From: Myxococcota bacterium
GTDB taxonomy: Bacteria; Myxococcota_A; UBA9160; SZUA-336
Direction of reading: 5' to 3'
DNA: 49,753 bases
NCBI GenBank assembly: GCA_036337215.1
Contig: JAYZEO010000037.1
Location: forward strand, 1-49,753
The notes beneath the pieces were generated by a model. The model was given only the letters and a program-made list of their open reading frames with translations. It was not told where the DNA came from and did no database searches. Below, in pieces: positions 34,981-44,610 of the stretch (positions are counted from its first letter, which is position 1; each line of letters opens with the position of its first letter). Made by a program: the position numbers and the translations under genes.

Positions 34981-36496
34981 TGGACGGCTCCTCCAAAGCC
35001 CAGCGCTCGAGCGTGTCGACGAGGGCCTGTTCGTGTTGCTGCTCGGAGACAGCGACCGCTTCGACACCCTCTCCGCGGAGGGCCGCCGCCGTCGTCGGAC
35101 CGATACAGAAGAATGCTGAGCTTCGGGCGAGCGATGCGAGCGCATCGCGGCCGAGCAGCGTTGCCAGATGTGCAACACTCGACGGACTCGCGAGCAGCAC
35201 GGCGTCGAGTCCACCATCTACCGCTTCCCGCAGCGCCTTTCCGGCGCCGCGCGGAATTTCCGTCCGGTAGGCAACGGGGTCGTCTACCTCGGCTCCGCGA
35301 AGTTCGAGCGCCTGGCGCAGTGTTGGGAGCCCGGCCTCAGCCCGCGGCAGCAGAACGCGCGCCCCGGAGAGCGGCCCCGCTCGCTCGATCGCAGCTGCCA
35401 GATCTTCGGGGAGGAATCGCTGCTCGGGCATCACGTCGACTCTGAGCCCGGCCTCGCGCGCGGCGTCCGCGGTAGCCGGACCGATGCAGGCAACGCGCAG
35501 CGCCCTGGCGCCGGGGAGTGCGTCGGCGATCCCCGAGAAACGGATGGCATTCGCCGAAGCGAAGACGAGCCAGTCGTAGAGTTCGAGGCGCTCGAGCGCT
35601 GCTTCGAGAGGGGCCCGATCCTTCACGGACTCGAACACGAGCAGCGGAACCTGAAGGGGTTGCGCGCCACGGCGACGAAGTTCCTGGCAGAGCGTGCGCG
35701 CCTGCTCGTGCGCCCGCACGACCAGTACCCGCCGACCGAAGAGCGGTCGTGCCTCGAACCAGCCCAGTTCCTCGCGGAAGCGCACCACCTCGCCAATCAC
35801 GATCACGGTTGGAGCCGCGAGGCCTGCGGCGCGCACCTCTCGCGGCAGATCCTCGAGGCGCGCCCGGACCACCCGCTGGCGCGGCGTTGCCCCCCGCTCG
35901 ACCACGGCAGCCGGCGTCGCGGGGTCGCGGCCGCCCCGGATCACGCGCGCGACGATGTCCTCGAGCCACGCCGTGCCCATCAGAATGACGAGCGTGTCGG
36001 CGCTTCGCGCGAGCGCCTCCCAGTCGTTGTGTGGGTCCTGCGCATCCTTGCCGCGGTGCCCGGTCACGATCGCGACCGACGACGCCAGCCGGCGGTCCGT
36101 GACCGGGATCCCAGCCGCAGCCGGCGCTGCGATCGCGGACGAGATTCCGGGAACCACCTCAAATGGGATCCCGGCCTTCGCCAGTGCGCTCGCTTCCTCT
36201 CCGCCGCGCCCGAACACGAACGGATCCCCGCCCTTCAGGCGGACCACACGCTTGCCCTCGCACGCCTTCTCGATCGTGAGTTCGGAAATCCGGTCCTGTG
36301 ACACACCGCGCGAGCCATCTCCGCGCTTTCCGACGTCGATTCGCTCGCAGCGCTCGGATGCGAGTTCGAGAATCGCGGGATCGACGAGTGCATCGTAGAG
36401 AAGGACCTCGGCTGCGCTCAGTTCACGCGCAGCCCTCAAAGTCAGGAGGTCGGGATCTCCTGGTCCCGCTCCAACCAGAAAGACCCGTCCCTTCAC
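34967..36496 (-). CDS. cobA/hemD: bifunctional uroporphyrinogen-III C-methyltransferase / uroporphyrinogen-III synthase
   Basis: GTG 36496 overlaps the hemC stop (GTGA). The N-terminal half [18 protein letters not shown]...[15 protein letters not shown]...VPGISS is SUMT. The C-terminal half (about aa 255-505) is a HemD-type two-lobed domain. Confidence 0.9.
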   Translation of the reverse strand: MKGRVFLVGAGPGDPDLLTLRAARELSAAEVLLYDALVDPAILELASERCERIDVGKRGDGSRGVSQDRISELTIEKACEGKRVVRLKGGDPFVFGRGGEEASALAKAGIPFEVVPGISSAIAAPAAAGIPVTDRRLASSVAIVTGHRGKDAQDPHNDWEALARSADTLVILMGTAWLEDIVARVIRGGRDPATPAAVVERGATPRQRVVRARLEDLPREVRAAGLAAPTVIVIGEVVRFREELGWFEARPLFGRRVLVVRAHEQARTLCQELRRRGAQPLQVPLLVFESVKDRAPLEAALERLELYDWLVFASANAIRFSGIADALPGARALRVACIGPATADAAREAGLRVDVMPEQRFLPEDLAAAIERAGPLSGARVLLPRAEAGLPTLRQALELRGAEVDDPVAYRTEIPRGAGKALREAVDGGLDAVLLASPSSVAHLATLLGRDALASLARSSAFFCIGPTTAAALRGEGVEAVAVSEQQHEQALVDTLERWALEEPSNAVS

Positions 36497-37401
36497 CCGG
36501 CCCCCTCGATCAGAGATCGCGCGCCTCGCTCGAGCAATTCGCGGCCGAGTGAGATCCCGAGCGTGTCGGGCATTGCCAGATCGCCCTCGGCGGATCCCTC
36601 CAGACGCTGCTGACCGTCATGGGCAAGCACGAGCACCCGTAGCCTGAGTCGTACACCATGCAACGTGGCGTGGGCGGCAACGGCGCTGCGGCATTCGGCA
36701 CCTATTTCTGCGAGAAAGGCGCGTTCGGCACGTACCTGCGACGAGACCTTCTCCACGTTGAGCAGTTCCGCAATCTCCTGCACCTCCTCATCATCGATCC
36801 GCACCTCGAGGACGAGCGCACCCTGCCCGCCCGCCGGCAGGTAGCGATCGGGATCCAGGGGATCGAGAATTTGGTCTTCGAGGCCGAGCCGCACCAGACC
36901 CGCGGCCGCCAGGATCACGCCGTCGAGAGGCATACTCTCAATCTTGTCCAGCCGCGTGCGAACGTTGCCCCGGATCGGCACCGGCTCCAATTCCGGCCGA
37001 AGCGCCCGGAGCAGGGCGATGCGCCTCAGGCTGCCGGTCCCAATCCGACCACCAGGCGGCAGCGAAGCAAAGCGGCGTCCCGGTGCACCGACGAAGACGT
37101 CTCGGGGATCTTCCCGGTCGGGGTAGGCCGCGATCGTGAGCCCATCGGCGAGGTCGCGGGGCAGATCTTTGGCGCTGTGCACGGCCACATCGATTGAGCC
37201 CTCGAGAAGCGCCTCCTCGACCTCTCTCACCCAGAGTGCCTTGCCCCCGGCCGCCGAGACCGGGCCGCTCAGACGGTCGCCCTCGGTCGAGATCTTGACC
37301 AGTTCGGTTTCGTGACCTAGCGCGTGCAGCTTGGCTGCGACGAAGCGCGTCTGCGCAATTGCCAGTTCGCTGCCGCGGGTTCCCAGTCGTAGTACAGTCA
37401 C
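36493..37401 (-). CDS. hemC: hydroxymethylbilane synthase (porphobilinogen deaminase)
   Basis: GTG 37401 overlaps the hemA stop (GTGA). LRLGTRGSELAIAQT, DVAVHSAKDLP, GNVRTRLDK, and the cofactor Cys in IGAECRS. Confidence 0.92.
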   Translation of the reverse strand: MTVLRLGTRGSELAIAQTRFVAAKLHALGHETELVKISTEGDRLSGPVSAAGGKALWVREVEEALLEGSIDVAVHSAKDLPRDLADGLTIAAYPDREDPRDVFVGAPGRRFASLPPGGRIGTGSLRRIALLRALRPELEPVPIRGNVRTRLDKIESMPLDGVILAAAGLVRLGLEDQILDPLDPDRYLPAGGQGALVLEVRIDDEEVQEIAELLNVEKVSSQVRAERAFLAEIGAECRSAVAAHATLHGVRLRLRVLVLAHDGQQRLEGSAEGDLAMPDTLGISLGRELLERGARSLIEGAG

Positions 37402-38681
37402 TCGTCCTCCTCATCGAGCCCGAAGATTCGATTCACAGCCTCTGCATCGTACGCGGCCCATCCTCCGGAACCAGAAAAGCGCAGCGCTTGCAATGGCCCG
37501 TGGAGCACCTTCGCGACGATTCCGCGCGCCATGCGCTCCAATTCGCGCTCGAGTGGTGCTCCTTCTCCCACCGTCAACTCCCGGATGCGCCGCATGTGTC
37601 GGTTGACTTCGTCGAACGCGAGGGACTCACTTCGTTCCACGAGTTGCCGGATCGCCGGAACCAGCGGTAGCGATTCGCGCCAGATCTCGAAGCGTTCGGC
37701 TTCCTTTTCGACGATCCTTTCCGATGGTGGGATCTGCGCTGCACGCTTCGCGCGGCCGCTCAGGGCGACCCGGTCGAGGTCGTCCAGGTTGTAAAGATAA
37801 AGGTCAGAGAGTTCGCCCGCAGACGCTTCCACATTGCGCGGAATGCCGAGGTCGATCACGAGCAGCGGACGTCCGGCCCGAAGTGCCATCACACGCTGGA
37901 GCATGGACGCGGCCAGAAAGGGGGTCTCCACCTGAAGGGAGGTCAGCAGAATGTCCGTACGCCCCAGCTCCCCCTCGAGCAAGTCGATCGCTACCCCCCT
38001 GCCTCCGTGACGTTCAGCCAGGCTGACCGCCGTCGCCAGGGTCCGGTTCAGGACCACGATGTCCTCCGCACCGGCATCCCGAAAGCCGAGGAGTCCCGAC
38101 TCCGCCATCTCGCCTGCTCCGAGCAGAGCCACTCGCTTCTCTTCGAAGCCCTCGAAGATCTCGCGGGCGAGCTCGACCCCCACGCGCGCCACCGAGGTGA
38201 CCGAGGTACCGAGCCCGGTCTCGCTTCGAACCCGCTTCGCGCTTCGGAAGGTCCGGTGGAAGAGTCGATGCAAAACCGGCCCGCACGCCTTGGCCGAAAC
38301 CGAAGCACGATACGCGTCCTTGACCTGGCCCAGAATCTGGGCCTCACCCAGGACCATCGATTCCAGGCCGCTCGCGACCCGAAACAGGTGCTCCACGACG
38401 TAGCGGTCGCGCAGCAGGTAGACGTGGTCCAAGGCGATCGTCCCGTCGCCGATCTCGTGTCGCAAGCAAGCAAGGAGCCGGTCCGAAGCCTCATTAAAGT
38501 CTTCCGAGAGCGCGAGCAACTCGGTTCGATTGCAGGTACAGAGGAGGGCTGCCTCAGCGATCTCGGGACAAGCCACGAGCCTCTCGGTCAGCGCGAGCTG
38601 CTCCGCCGCCGTAACCGCGTGCCGCTCCCGCACCTCGACGGGCGCGGTGCGGTGGTTCAAGCCCAACAGGAGCAGCGTCAC
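37398..38681 (-). CDS. hemA: glutamyl-tRNA reductase
   Basis: GTG 38681 overlaps the upstream stop (GTGA). LGLNHRTAPVEVRE, catalytic Cys in LCTCNRTELL, NADPH-binding LLGAGEMAE. 427 aa. Confidence 0.92.
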   Translation of the reverse strand: MTLLLLGLNHRTAPVEVRERHAVTAAEQLALTERLVACPEIAEAALLCTCNRTELLALSEDFNEASDRLLACLRHEIGDGTIALDHVYLLRDRYVVEHLFRVASGLESMVLGEAQILGQVKDAYRASVSAKACGPVLHRLFHRTFRSAKRVRSETGLGTSVTSVARVGVELAREIFEGFEEKRVALLGAGEMAESGLLGFRDAGAEDIVVLNRTLATAVSLAERHGGRGVAIDLLEGELGRTDILLTSLQVETPFLAASMLQRVMALRAGRPLLVIDLGIPRNVEASAGELSDLYLYNLDDLDRVALSGRAKRAAQIPPSERIVEKEAERFEIWRESLPLVPAIRQLVERSESLAFDEVNRHMRRIRELTVGEGAPLERELERMARGIVAKVLHGPLQALRFSGSGGWAAYDAEAVNRIFGLDEEDE

Positions 38682-39466
38682 GCACCGCCCCCGATCAATC
38701 TCACTCCGAGGTACGAGGCGAGCAGCAAGGCGAATCCGATCACGACCGTGCGTGCTGGCTGGGGTCCCCGCTGTTGCAGAAACACTCGCTGAGCAACCGG
38801 CAGCAGGTAGACGCCCCAGGATCCGAGCAGGAAGATCGCGTGCCCGGTCCAGAGCGGTTCAGCAAACGAAGTGGCCCATAGGAAGCCTGTGACCACACCC
38901 AGCGTCAGCAGGGGAAACCCGATCGAGAGCGCGATCGATTCCGTACGATCCAGGCTCTCGAGCGACGGCAGTGGCAGCCACAAGACGCGCTTGCGCTTGA
39001 GCGAGCGTTCCTTCACCAGGTACGCCACCCCCGCGACACTCGCGAGACCCAGCAGACTGAAACCCCCGGCAGACAAGAGGACGTGTGCATGCGTCCAGTC
39101 GCCCGATGGGACCACGGCCCCCGGCGACCCGAGAAAGCGCATGCCGAGGTCACCGAGCGCAGTGAAGCCGAGCGCCGCCGTCGCCACCCAGGGACCGATC
39201 CGGCGATTCCGGGTCAGCCCGAGAGACAACAGGTACGCGGCCGCAACGAACCAGCCAATCAGGGAGAGTGCAGCGGGGAAACTCTCGAGTGGGATCGGGG
39301 GAACTTCGCGGTGAAATCCGACCAAGGCGAATCCCTGCACGACGACGCCGGCTCCGACTAGCCAGGCGACGAGCCCCGCGACCCGGGATCGGCGGCCGGA
39401 AGCCCAGCCCGCGGCGGACGCCAGCAAGTAGCAAAGCAGCGCGAGGCCGTGCGCCAGAGAGGTCAT
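38678..39466 (-). CDS. cytochrome c assembly (CcsA/HemX-like) integral membrane protein
   Basis: Track ORF trimmed to ATG 39466, which overlaps the macro gene stop (ATGA). About 8 TM helices and a W-rich segment LWATSFAEPLWTGH. The position directly upstream of hemA recalls B. subtilis hemX. Confidence 0.72.
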   Translation of the reverse strand: MTSLAHGLALLCYLLASAAGWASGRRSRVAGLVAWLVGAGVVVQGFALVGFHREVPPIPLESFPAALSLIGWFVAAAYLLSLGLTRNRRIGPWVATAALGFTALGDLGMRFLGSPGAVVPSGDWTHAHVLLSAGGFSLLGLASVAGVAYLVKERSLKRKRVLWLPLPSLESLDRTESIALSIGFPLLTLGVVTGFLWATSFAEPLWTGHAIFLLGSWGVYLLPVAQRVFLQQRGPQPARTVVIGFALLLASYLGVRLIGGGA

Positions 39467-40002
39467 CGCTCGAGCCGCGCGAGGGCTGCCTGAACCCGCG
39501 ACGCGTCCTGAACCTGCTCGAACACCCGGTAATCCGGTTCCCCGTACAGCACGAAGCGGACGATCTCCAGGCTGGTCCCCCCGGCCTCGAGGTGCCGCTC
39601 CACCTCTCCGAAGAGAACCTCCGCGCATCGTCGCACCGAGAAGCCTCCCACGCCGGTGCCGATCGCCGGGAACGCGATCGAGCGCAGCCCGTGCTCAGCG
39701 GCGAGGCCGAGCGCCCGGGCGACCGAAGAGCGCAGACTCTCCTCGGTCGTGCAGCCGCCGGGCTCCATGCTGGCCGCGTGAATCACGTATCGCGCGGGAA
39801 GTGAACCCGCCCCCGTAATCGCGGCCCCGCCGAGGCCCACGGGCCCGAGCCGGTCGCACTCCTCCTGGATTGCGGGTCCTCCGGCCTCCCGGATCGCGCC
39901 GGCAACTCCCGAGCCTAGCCGGAGCCGCGTGTTGGCGGCATTGACCACAGCATCGACTTCGATTCGTGAAATGTCGCCCTCGGACACCCTGATCTCGGAC
40001 AT
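39463..40002 (-). CDS. macro-domain protein (ADP-ribose / O-acetyl-ADP-ribose binding or hydrolase, YmdB-like)
   Basis: ATG 40002. GDISRIEVDAVVNAANTRLRLGSGVAGAI, VIHAASM, SIAFPAIGTGVGGF. 179 aa. Confidence 0.88.
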   Translation of the reverse strand: MSEIRVSEGDISRIEVDAVVNAANTRLRLGSGVAGAIREAGGPAIQEECDRLGPVGLGGAAITGAGSLPARYVIHAASMEPGGCTTEESLRSSVARALGLAAEHGLRSIAFPAIGTGVGGFSVRRCAEVLFGEVERHLEAGGTSLEIVRFVLYGEPDYRVFEQVQDASRVQAALARLER

Positions 40003-40095
40003 AGCCGCTCCCCGAATCTAATTCTCGCGGTCCGACTCCGGCCGAGCAACCGACCTGCGGAGCACGATCGCGGCCCCTGCGGTATCATCGGCTGC

Positions 40096-40557
40096 ATGCG
40101 CCCCCAAGCTGTATCTGCCGTGGCGCGTCCCGCAAGTTCCCTGATCCGATCGACTTTAGGGGGGTCACTGGTCGCGGCGATGCTGGCCACGAGCTGCGCA
40201 GAGTCCCCGAGTTCGTTCCGGGAGATCTCGCTCGACGAGGCCCGCCGGATGATCGCGGACGGAGACGTGACTGTCGTAGACGCGCTGGCGGAGGGTCTGG
40301 AACCCGAGCCGGTGCTCGCTGGGGGCCTCCGATGGAAGGCCGCGCCCACGGCCCCGGAGTTGCCGCCCGGCCTACCCGGCGGGGCCGTGCTGATCGTCGG
40401 CTCATCCCCGGAACTCGGCTACGGTTCGGCCGCTGCACTCGCGCGCGCCGGCCATCGGCCTGTGTACGTTTTCATCACCCGATCCAGGCAGGAGCGAAAC
40501 GCGCTGGTGGCCGTTGCACTCCGCTCCAGGGAGACTTCTGATGGCAGAGATTCTTGA
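40096..40557 (+). CDS. exported rhodanese-homology-domain protein lacking the active-site Cys
   Basis: ATG 40096. Signal-like LGGSLVAAMLATSCAE. ISLDEARRMIADGDVTVVDA...VLIVGSSPELGYGSAAALARAGHRPVYVF follows the rhodanese fold pattern with GSS in place of the catalytic C-x5-R loop. Confidence 0.55.
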   Translation: MRPQAVSAVARPASSLIRSTLGGSLVAAMLATSCAESPSSFREISLDEARRMIADGDVTVVDALAEGLEPEPVLAGGLRWKAAPTAPELPPGLPGGAVLIVGSSPELGYGSAAALARAGHRPVYVFITRSRQERNALVAVALRSRETSDGRDS

Positions 40558-40867
40558 CGTAACCGACGGCTCCTTCGAAGACCGGGTCCTGAAATCCGAA
40601 AGTCCCGTGCTGGTCGACTTCTGGGCGGAGTGGTGCGGTCCCTGCCGAGCCCTGGCACCCGTGGTCCAGGAACTCGCCGAGGAGCACGCCGGGACCCTCA
40701 CGGTCTGCAAGGTCGATGTGGATTCGAGCCCGGCCGTCCCGGCCCGGTACAATGTCAAGTCGATTCCGACACTGCTCTTCTTCAAGGGCGGCAATGTCGT
40801 CGACCAGATCGTCGGCGCGGTGCCGAAGCACAAGATCAGCGAGAAGCTCGAGGCCCTGCTGGCCTAG
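40541..40867 (+). CDS. trxA: thioredoxin
   Basis: Trimmed to ATG 40541 with AGGGAG upstream. VLVDFWAEWCGPCRALAPV, SIPTLLFFKGG. 108 aa. Confidence 0.93.
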   Translation: MAEILDVTDGSFEDRVLKSESPVLVDFWAEWCGPCRALAPVVQELAEEHAGTLTVCKVDVDSSPAVPARYNVKSIPTLLFFKGGNVVDQIVGAVPKHKISEKLEALLA

Positions 40868-40942
40868 GCGAAGCCGTGCGACGGCGCACTCCGCCGAGCA
40901 CCGATCGCGAAGCGATCCCCGCACGCTGCCGCCCAGCGCCAC

Positions 40943-41617
40943 CTACGGCGCCTCGAAGAAACGGATCGGCCAGCGGCGTCGGATCGCTTGCCTGTAGAGC
41001 AGCGGGTCCGGGTTCACGACCTGAGGGTGCCCCACCAACTCGAGCAGCGGCAGGTCCGTGATCGAATCTGTGTAGAAGTGGCTCCGGGCCAACTCGATGC
41101 CCTCTCGCTCGATCCACTGCCGAAGCCAGTAGATCTTTCCCTCGCCGAAACAGATCGGCTCGATGACGCGGCCCGTGAAATGGCCATCACGCACCTCGAG
41201 TTGGGTGTGCATCACATGCGCCACGCCGAGATAATCCGCGAGCGGCTGGCTCACGTAGCGCGTCGCGCCCGACACGAGCGCGACCACGTGCCCGGCCTCG
41301 AGGTGGCCCCGCACCAGTTCCAGCGCCTCGGCGTAGATCGTGGGGCGCACATACTCGGAGAACCAACTCTCGGCCTCCTGGATCAGGCTCTTCTCGCTCT
41401 GCCCCTCGAAGCGCCGCAGCATCTGCTTGGTCCAGCGCTCGATGTCGAGCAGGTCCAGCTTGTAGCGCAGGTAGGAGCCCAGATTCGAGAGCATCTCGGG
41501 CCACTCGACCTCGCCGCGATCGTAGAGGGCGCGCATGTAGAGGGCGCCCGAGTTGTGCGACAGAATCGTCTTGTCGACGTCGAAAAATGCGCCCACGCGC
41601 CGTGCCCTGGAGGCCAT
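40943..41617 (-). CDS. HAD-IB family hydrolase (SerB-like phosphatase superfamily)
   Basis: Trimmed to ATG 41617 (MASRARRVGAFFDVDKTIL). Motif I DVDKT, motif II LVSGAT, motif IV YTDSITDLPLL. 224 aa. Confidence 0.8.
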   Translation of the reverse strand: MASRARRVGAFFDVDKTILSHNSGALYMRALYDRGEVEWPEMLSNLGSYLRYKLDLLDIERWTKQMLRRFEGQSEKSLIQEAESWFSEYVRPTIYAEALELVRGHLEAGHVVALVSGATRYVSQPLADYLGVAHVMHTQLEVRDGHFTGRVIEPICFGEGKIYWLRQWIEREGIELARSHFYTDSITDLPLLELVGHPQVVNPDPLLYRQAIRRRWPIRFFEAP

Positions 41618-41645
41618 TGCCCCAGCATAGCGCCCCGGGCCGGGG

Positions 41646-42752
41646 TCAGAAGACGTAGCGGCGCATCGAAACGTTCGCGAGCAACCCGATCCCGGCGAAC
41701 GCGGTGACCAGCGAAGAGCCTCCGTAGGAGAGCAGCGGGAGCGGCACGCCGACGACCGGTACCATCCCGAGCACCATCGCCACATTGATTGCGCAGGGCC
41801 AGAAGAGCAACGCGACCACGCCCACCGCGAGGTAGGTTCCGAACAGGTCCCGGGACGAGCGCGCGATCATGAGGCCCCGGACGAAGAGCGACAGGTAGAG
41901 CACCAGCACGACGGCGCCGCCCAGAAACCCCCACTCCTCGGCCAACACCGAGAAGACGAAGTCGGTCTGCTGCTCGGGCAGGAAGTCGAGCTGACTCTGG
42001 GGGCCCCGAAGGTAGCCCTTGCCGAGCAATCCCCCGGAACCGATCGCGATCTGGCTCTGAATCGCATGGTAGGCGGTCCCAAGCGGGTCGCGATCGGGGT
42101 CGAGGAAGGTGAACACCCGCTCCTTCTGGTAGTCGTGCAGAAAGAAGCTCCAGGCTGCGACGGCTGCCGCGAGACCGGCGGCACCGAGCCCGGCGAATGC
42201 CCGGATTCGAATGCGCGCAAAGACCAGGAAGCTGGCAGCGACGAGACCCTGGATCAGAGCCGTGCCGAGATCGGGCTCACGCAGGGTCAGTCCGACCGGA
42301 ACGGCGATGGCCAGTGCCGGAACCGCCAGGTCGGCGAGGCCGATGCCGCTCGGGCTTGTATGGCGGCGAAGCAGCCTGGCCAGGAACAGCACGATTCCGA
42401 GCTTGGCCAACTCCGAGGGCTGAAACCGTACCGGCCCCAACACGATCCAACGCTGGCTTCCGTTGACCACCGGCCCAAAGACCAACACCGCCGCGAGCAG
42501 AACCGCGCACAGAACGAAGACCGGAATCGCCACGCGCTCGAGCGTGCGATAGTCCGGCACCAGCGCTGCGAGCAGGGCCACCAGGCCCAGCCCGATCCAG
42601 CTGAGCTGCCGGACCGCAGTCGGTGGAATCCCATCGCTCACACCTGGAGCCGCCGAAATCAGGTTCACGGCCCCGACCAGCGCCAGGGCAAGCGCGAGCC
42701 CAACCAGCGGCCACTCAAAGTGCTGAATGAGCCGGCGGTCGATTCCCGGCAT
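41646..42752 (-). CDS. rodA: rod-shape-determining SEDS glycosyltransferase RodA
   Basis: ATG 42752, a 38-nt overlap with the mrdA end. FEWPLV...multi-TM, RFQPSELAKL, TDFVFSVLAEEWGF, PLPLLSYGGSS. 368 aa. Confidence 0.92.
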   Translation of the reverse strand: MPGIDRRLIQHFEWPLVGLALALALVGAVNLISAAPGVSDGIPPTAVRQLSWIGLGLVALLAALVPDYRTLERVAIPVFVLCAVLLAAVLVFGPVVNGSQRWIVLGPVRFQPSELAKLGIVLFLARLLRRHTSPSGIGLADLAVPALAIAVPVGLTLREPDLGTALIQGLVAASFLVFARIRIRAFAGLGAAGLAAAVAAWSFFLHDYQKERVFTFLDPDRDPLGTAYHAIQSQIAIGSGGLLGKGYLRGPQSQLDFLPEQQTDFVFSVLAEEWGFLGGAVVLVLYLSLFVRGLMIARSSRDLFGTYLAVGVVALLFWPCAINVAMVLGMVPVVGVPLPLLSYGGSSLVTAFAGIGLLANVSMRRYVF

Positions 42753-44610
42753 GAAGCCCCCCGGGGACGCTCGGGGCCCCCTCCAAGAACGCGTCCACGA
42801 CCCGCCGGGCGATCGGCGCAGCGGTCGCCGAACCCGAGCCTCCGTGCTCCACGAGCACGGCCACCAGGATCCGAGGCCGCTCGGCAGGTACGTAGGTCAC
42901 GAACCACGCGTGATCCTGCAGCGCCTCGGGAGTCTCGTCGGCATCCTGACCCGCGTGCACGGAGAGTGCCACGACCTGGGCGGTGCCGGTCTTGGCAGCC
43001 GCATCGAGGCCACCCGCGAGCCTTCGCATCCGCCAGCCGGTTCCATGCTCGTCGTGCACGACTCCCCGGAGCGCCGCGCGCAGCGTCGAGAGACTCGAGC
43101 GCGAGACCGGCACCTGGCCGAGGACCTCGGTGCCCCAGCTGCGAAGCACGTTCCCCTGCGGGTCCTCGACGTGCTGAACCACGAAGGGACGCAGCAGCGA
43201 GCCGCCGTTGGCGATCGCCGCAAAAGTCGTTGCAAGTTGCATCGGTGTCCACAGGTTGAATCCCTGTCCGATTGCGATCGAGAGGGTCTCGCCTCCAATC
43301 CACGGCTCGCCGAAGCGTCGCTGCTTCCAGGCCGCCGTCGGGACCAGGCCCGCGGACTCGGGTAGGAACGCGATTCCGGTCTTGCGGCCCAGGCCGAGGG
43401 CCCGGGCGTAGTGCGCGAGCCGATCAACCCCGACTTCCACCCCCATCGTGTAGAAGAACACGTCGCACGACTCGACGAGCGCGCGGTGCAGGTCGACGTC
43501 GCCGTGCCCCTCCTCCTTCCAGCATCGGTAGCGGCGCCGGCCGAAGCGCATCGAGCCGCTGCAGTGAACGCGAAGGTCAGGCCCCACCTTGCCGTCCTCG
43601 AGCGCTGCCAGAGCGGTCACGACCTTGTAGGTGGATCCCGGAGGGTACTGTCCCTGGAGCGCGCGATTCTGGAGCGGCTTACGCGGATCCCCCATCAGCC
43701 TCTGCCAGCTCTCGCGCGGAATCCCAAGCGCGAACTCGTTCGGGTTGGGAGCCGGCCGGCTGGCCAGGACCAATACCTCTCCCGTCTGCGGATCGAGCGC
43801 CACGACGGCTCCGCTGTGTCCGGTCTCGTCCAGGGCTGCCTCCGCCACGCGCTGCAGGCGGCCATCGAGCGTCAGCCGCACGTTGTTTCCCGGCCGCGGC
43901 TCGACGGCGCCCAGCAACTCGAGTTCGCGGCCATGGGCATCGACCAGGACACTGCGCCCACCGGGCTGGCCGCGCAGATCGGCGTCGAGCCAGGCTTCGA
44001 TGCCGGACCGCCCGACGATGTCTCCCGCCCGGTAGCCGACCAGCTTGCGGCTCTTGAGTTGCTCGGCCGCGACCTCGCGCAGCGACCCCAACAGGTGGGC
44101 GGCGCTATCCTGCGATACGTAGGACCGCGCGGGAGCCACCTCGGTGATCACGCCGCGCAGTGCCCAGAGCTGACCCTCCACCCGCGCGACTGCATCGCGA
44201 TCCAGGTCCCGCACCGCCCGGACCGCCTGGAAGCGCGCGCGCCCCTGCGGCTGCCCGACACGGGCCCGTACCAGCGCGGGGTCCCGCCGGGTGAGTTCTG
44301 CGATTTGATCCAGGGTCTCGGGAACACCGTTCAGCTCGTGCGGAATCACGAGCACGTCGAACGCCGGCCGCGAGTCGACCAGAATTTCTCCCCGGCGGTC
44401 CAGGATCATCCCCCGGGGTCCCACCAGTCGATGGTTGCGGACACTATTCCGCTCCGCGGAGACTCGATGCTCGTCCCCTTGCACGAGTTGCAGATCGATG
44501 AGCCGTACGAGCAGCAGCAGCCAGACCAGGAGCACGCCGAAGGTCGCACCGAAGATGCGCCGCTCGAGCCCGGGTTCGGAGCTGACGTCGGTGGCCTGTT
44601 CCAGCCTCAC
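42715..44610 (-). CDS. mrdA: penicillin-binding protein 2 (elongasome transpeptidase)
   Basis: GTG 44610 overlaps the mreD stop. Dimerisation domain, then transpeptidase motifs PGSTYK (SxxK) and AKTGTAQ (KTG). 631 aa. Confidence 0.92.
   Translation of the reverse strand: MRLEQATDVSSEPGLERRIFGATFGVLLVWLLLLVRLIDLQLVQGDEHRVSAERNSVRNHRLVGPRGMILDRRGEILVDSRPAFDVLVIPHELNGVPETLDQIAELTRRDPALVRARVGQPQGRARFQAVRAVRDLDRDAVARVEGQLWALRGVITEVAPARSYVSQDSAAHLLGSLREVAAEQLKSRKLVGYRAGDIVGRSGIEAWLDADLRGQPGGRSVLVDAHGRELELLGAVEPRPGNNVRLTLDGRLQRVAEAALDETGHSGAVVALDPQTGEVLVLASRPAPNPNEFALGIPRESWQRLMGDPRKPLQNRALQGQYPPGSTYKVVTALAALEDGKVGPDLRVHCSGSMRFGRRRYRCWKEEGHGDVDLHRALVESCDVFFYTMGVEVGVDRLAHYARALGLGRKTGIAFLPESAGLVPTAAWKQRRFGEPWIGGETLSIAIGQGFNLWTPMQLATTFAAIANGGSLLRPFVVQHVEDPQGNVLRSWGTEVLGQVPVSRSSLSTLRAALRGVVHDEHGTGWRMRRLAGGLDAAAKTGTAQVVALSVHAGQDADETPEALQDHAWFVTYVPAERPRILVAVLVEHGGSGSATAAPIARRVVDAFLEGAPSVPGGLHAGNRPPAHSAL

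Noticed and set aside
33880-35445. 521-aa + strand ORF across the hemB region
   Set aside because: It is antisense to hemB and the cobA/hemD 3' end, both strongly supported by motifs. Its composition is shadow-like.
40876-40917. Short hairpins after trxA: GTGCG-ACGG-CGCAC and GATCGC-GAA-GCGATC
   Set aside because: The stems are only 5-6 bp with no U-tract, which is too weak to call a terminator.
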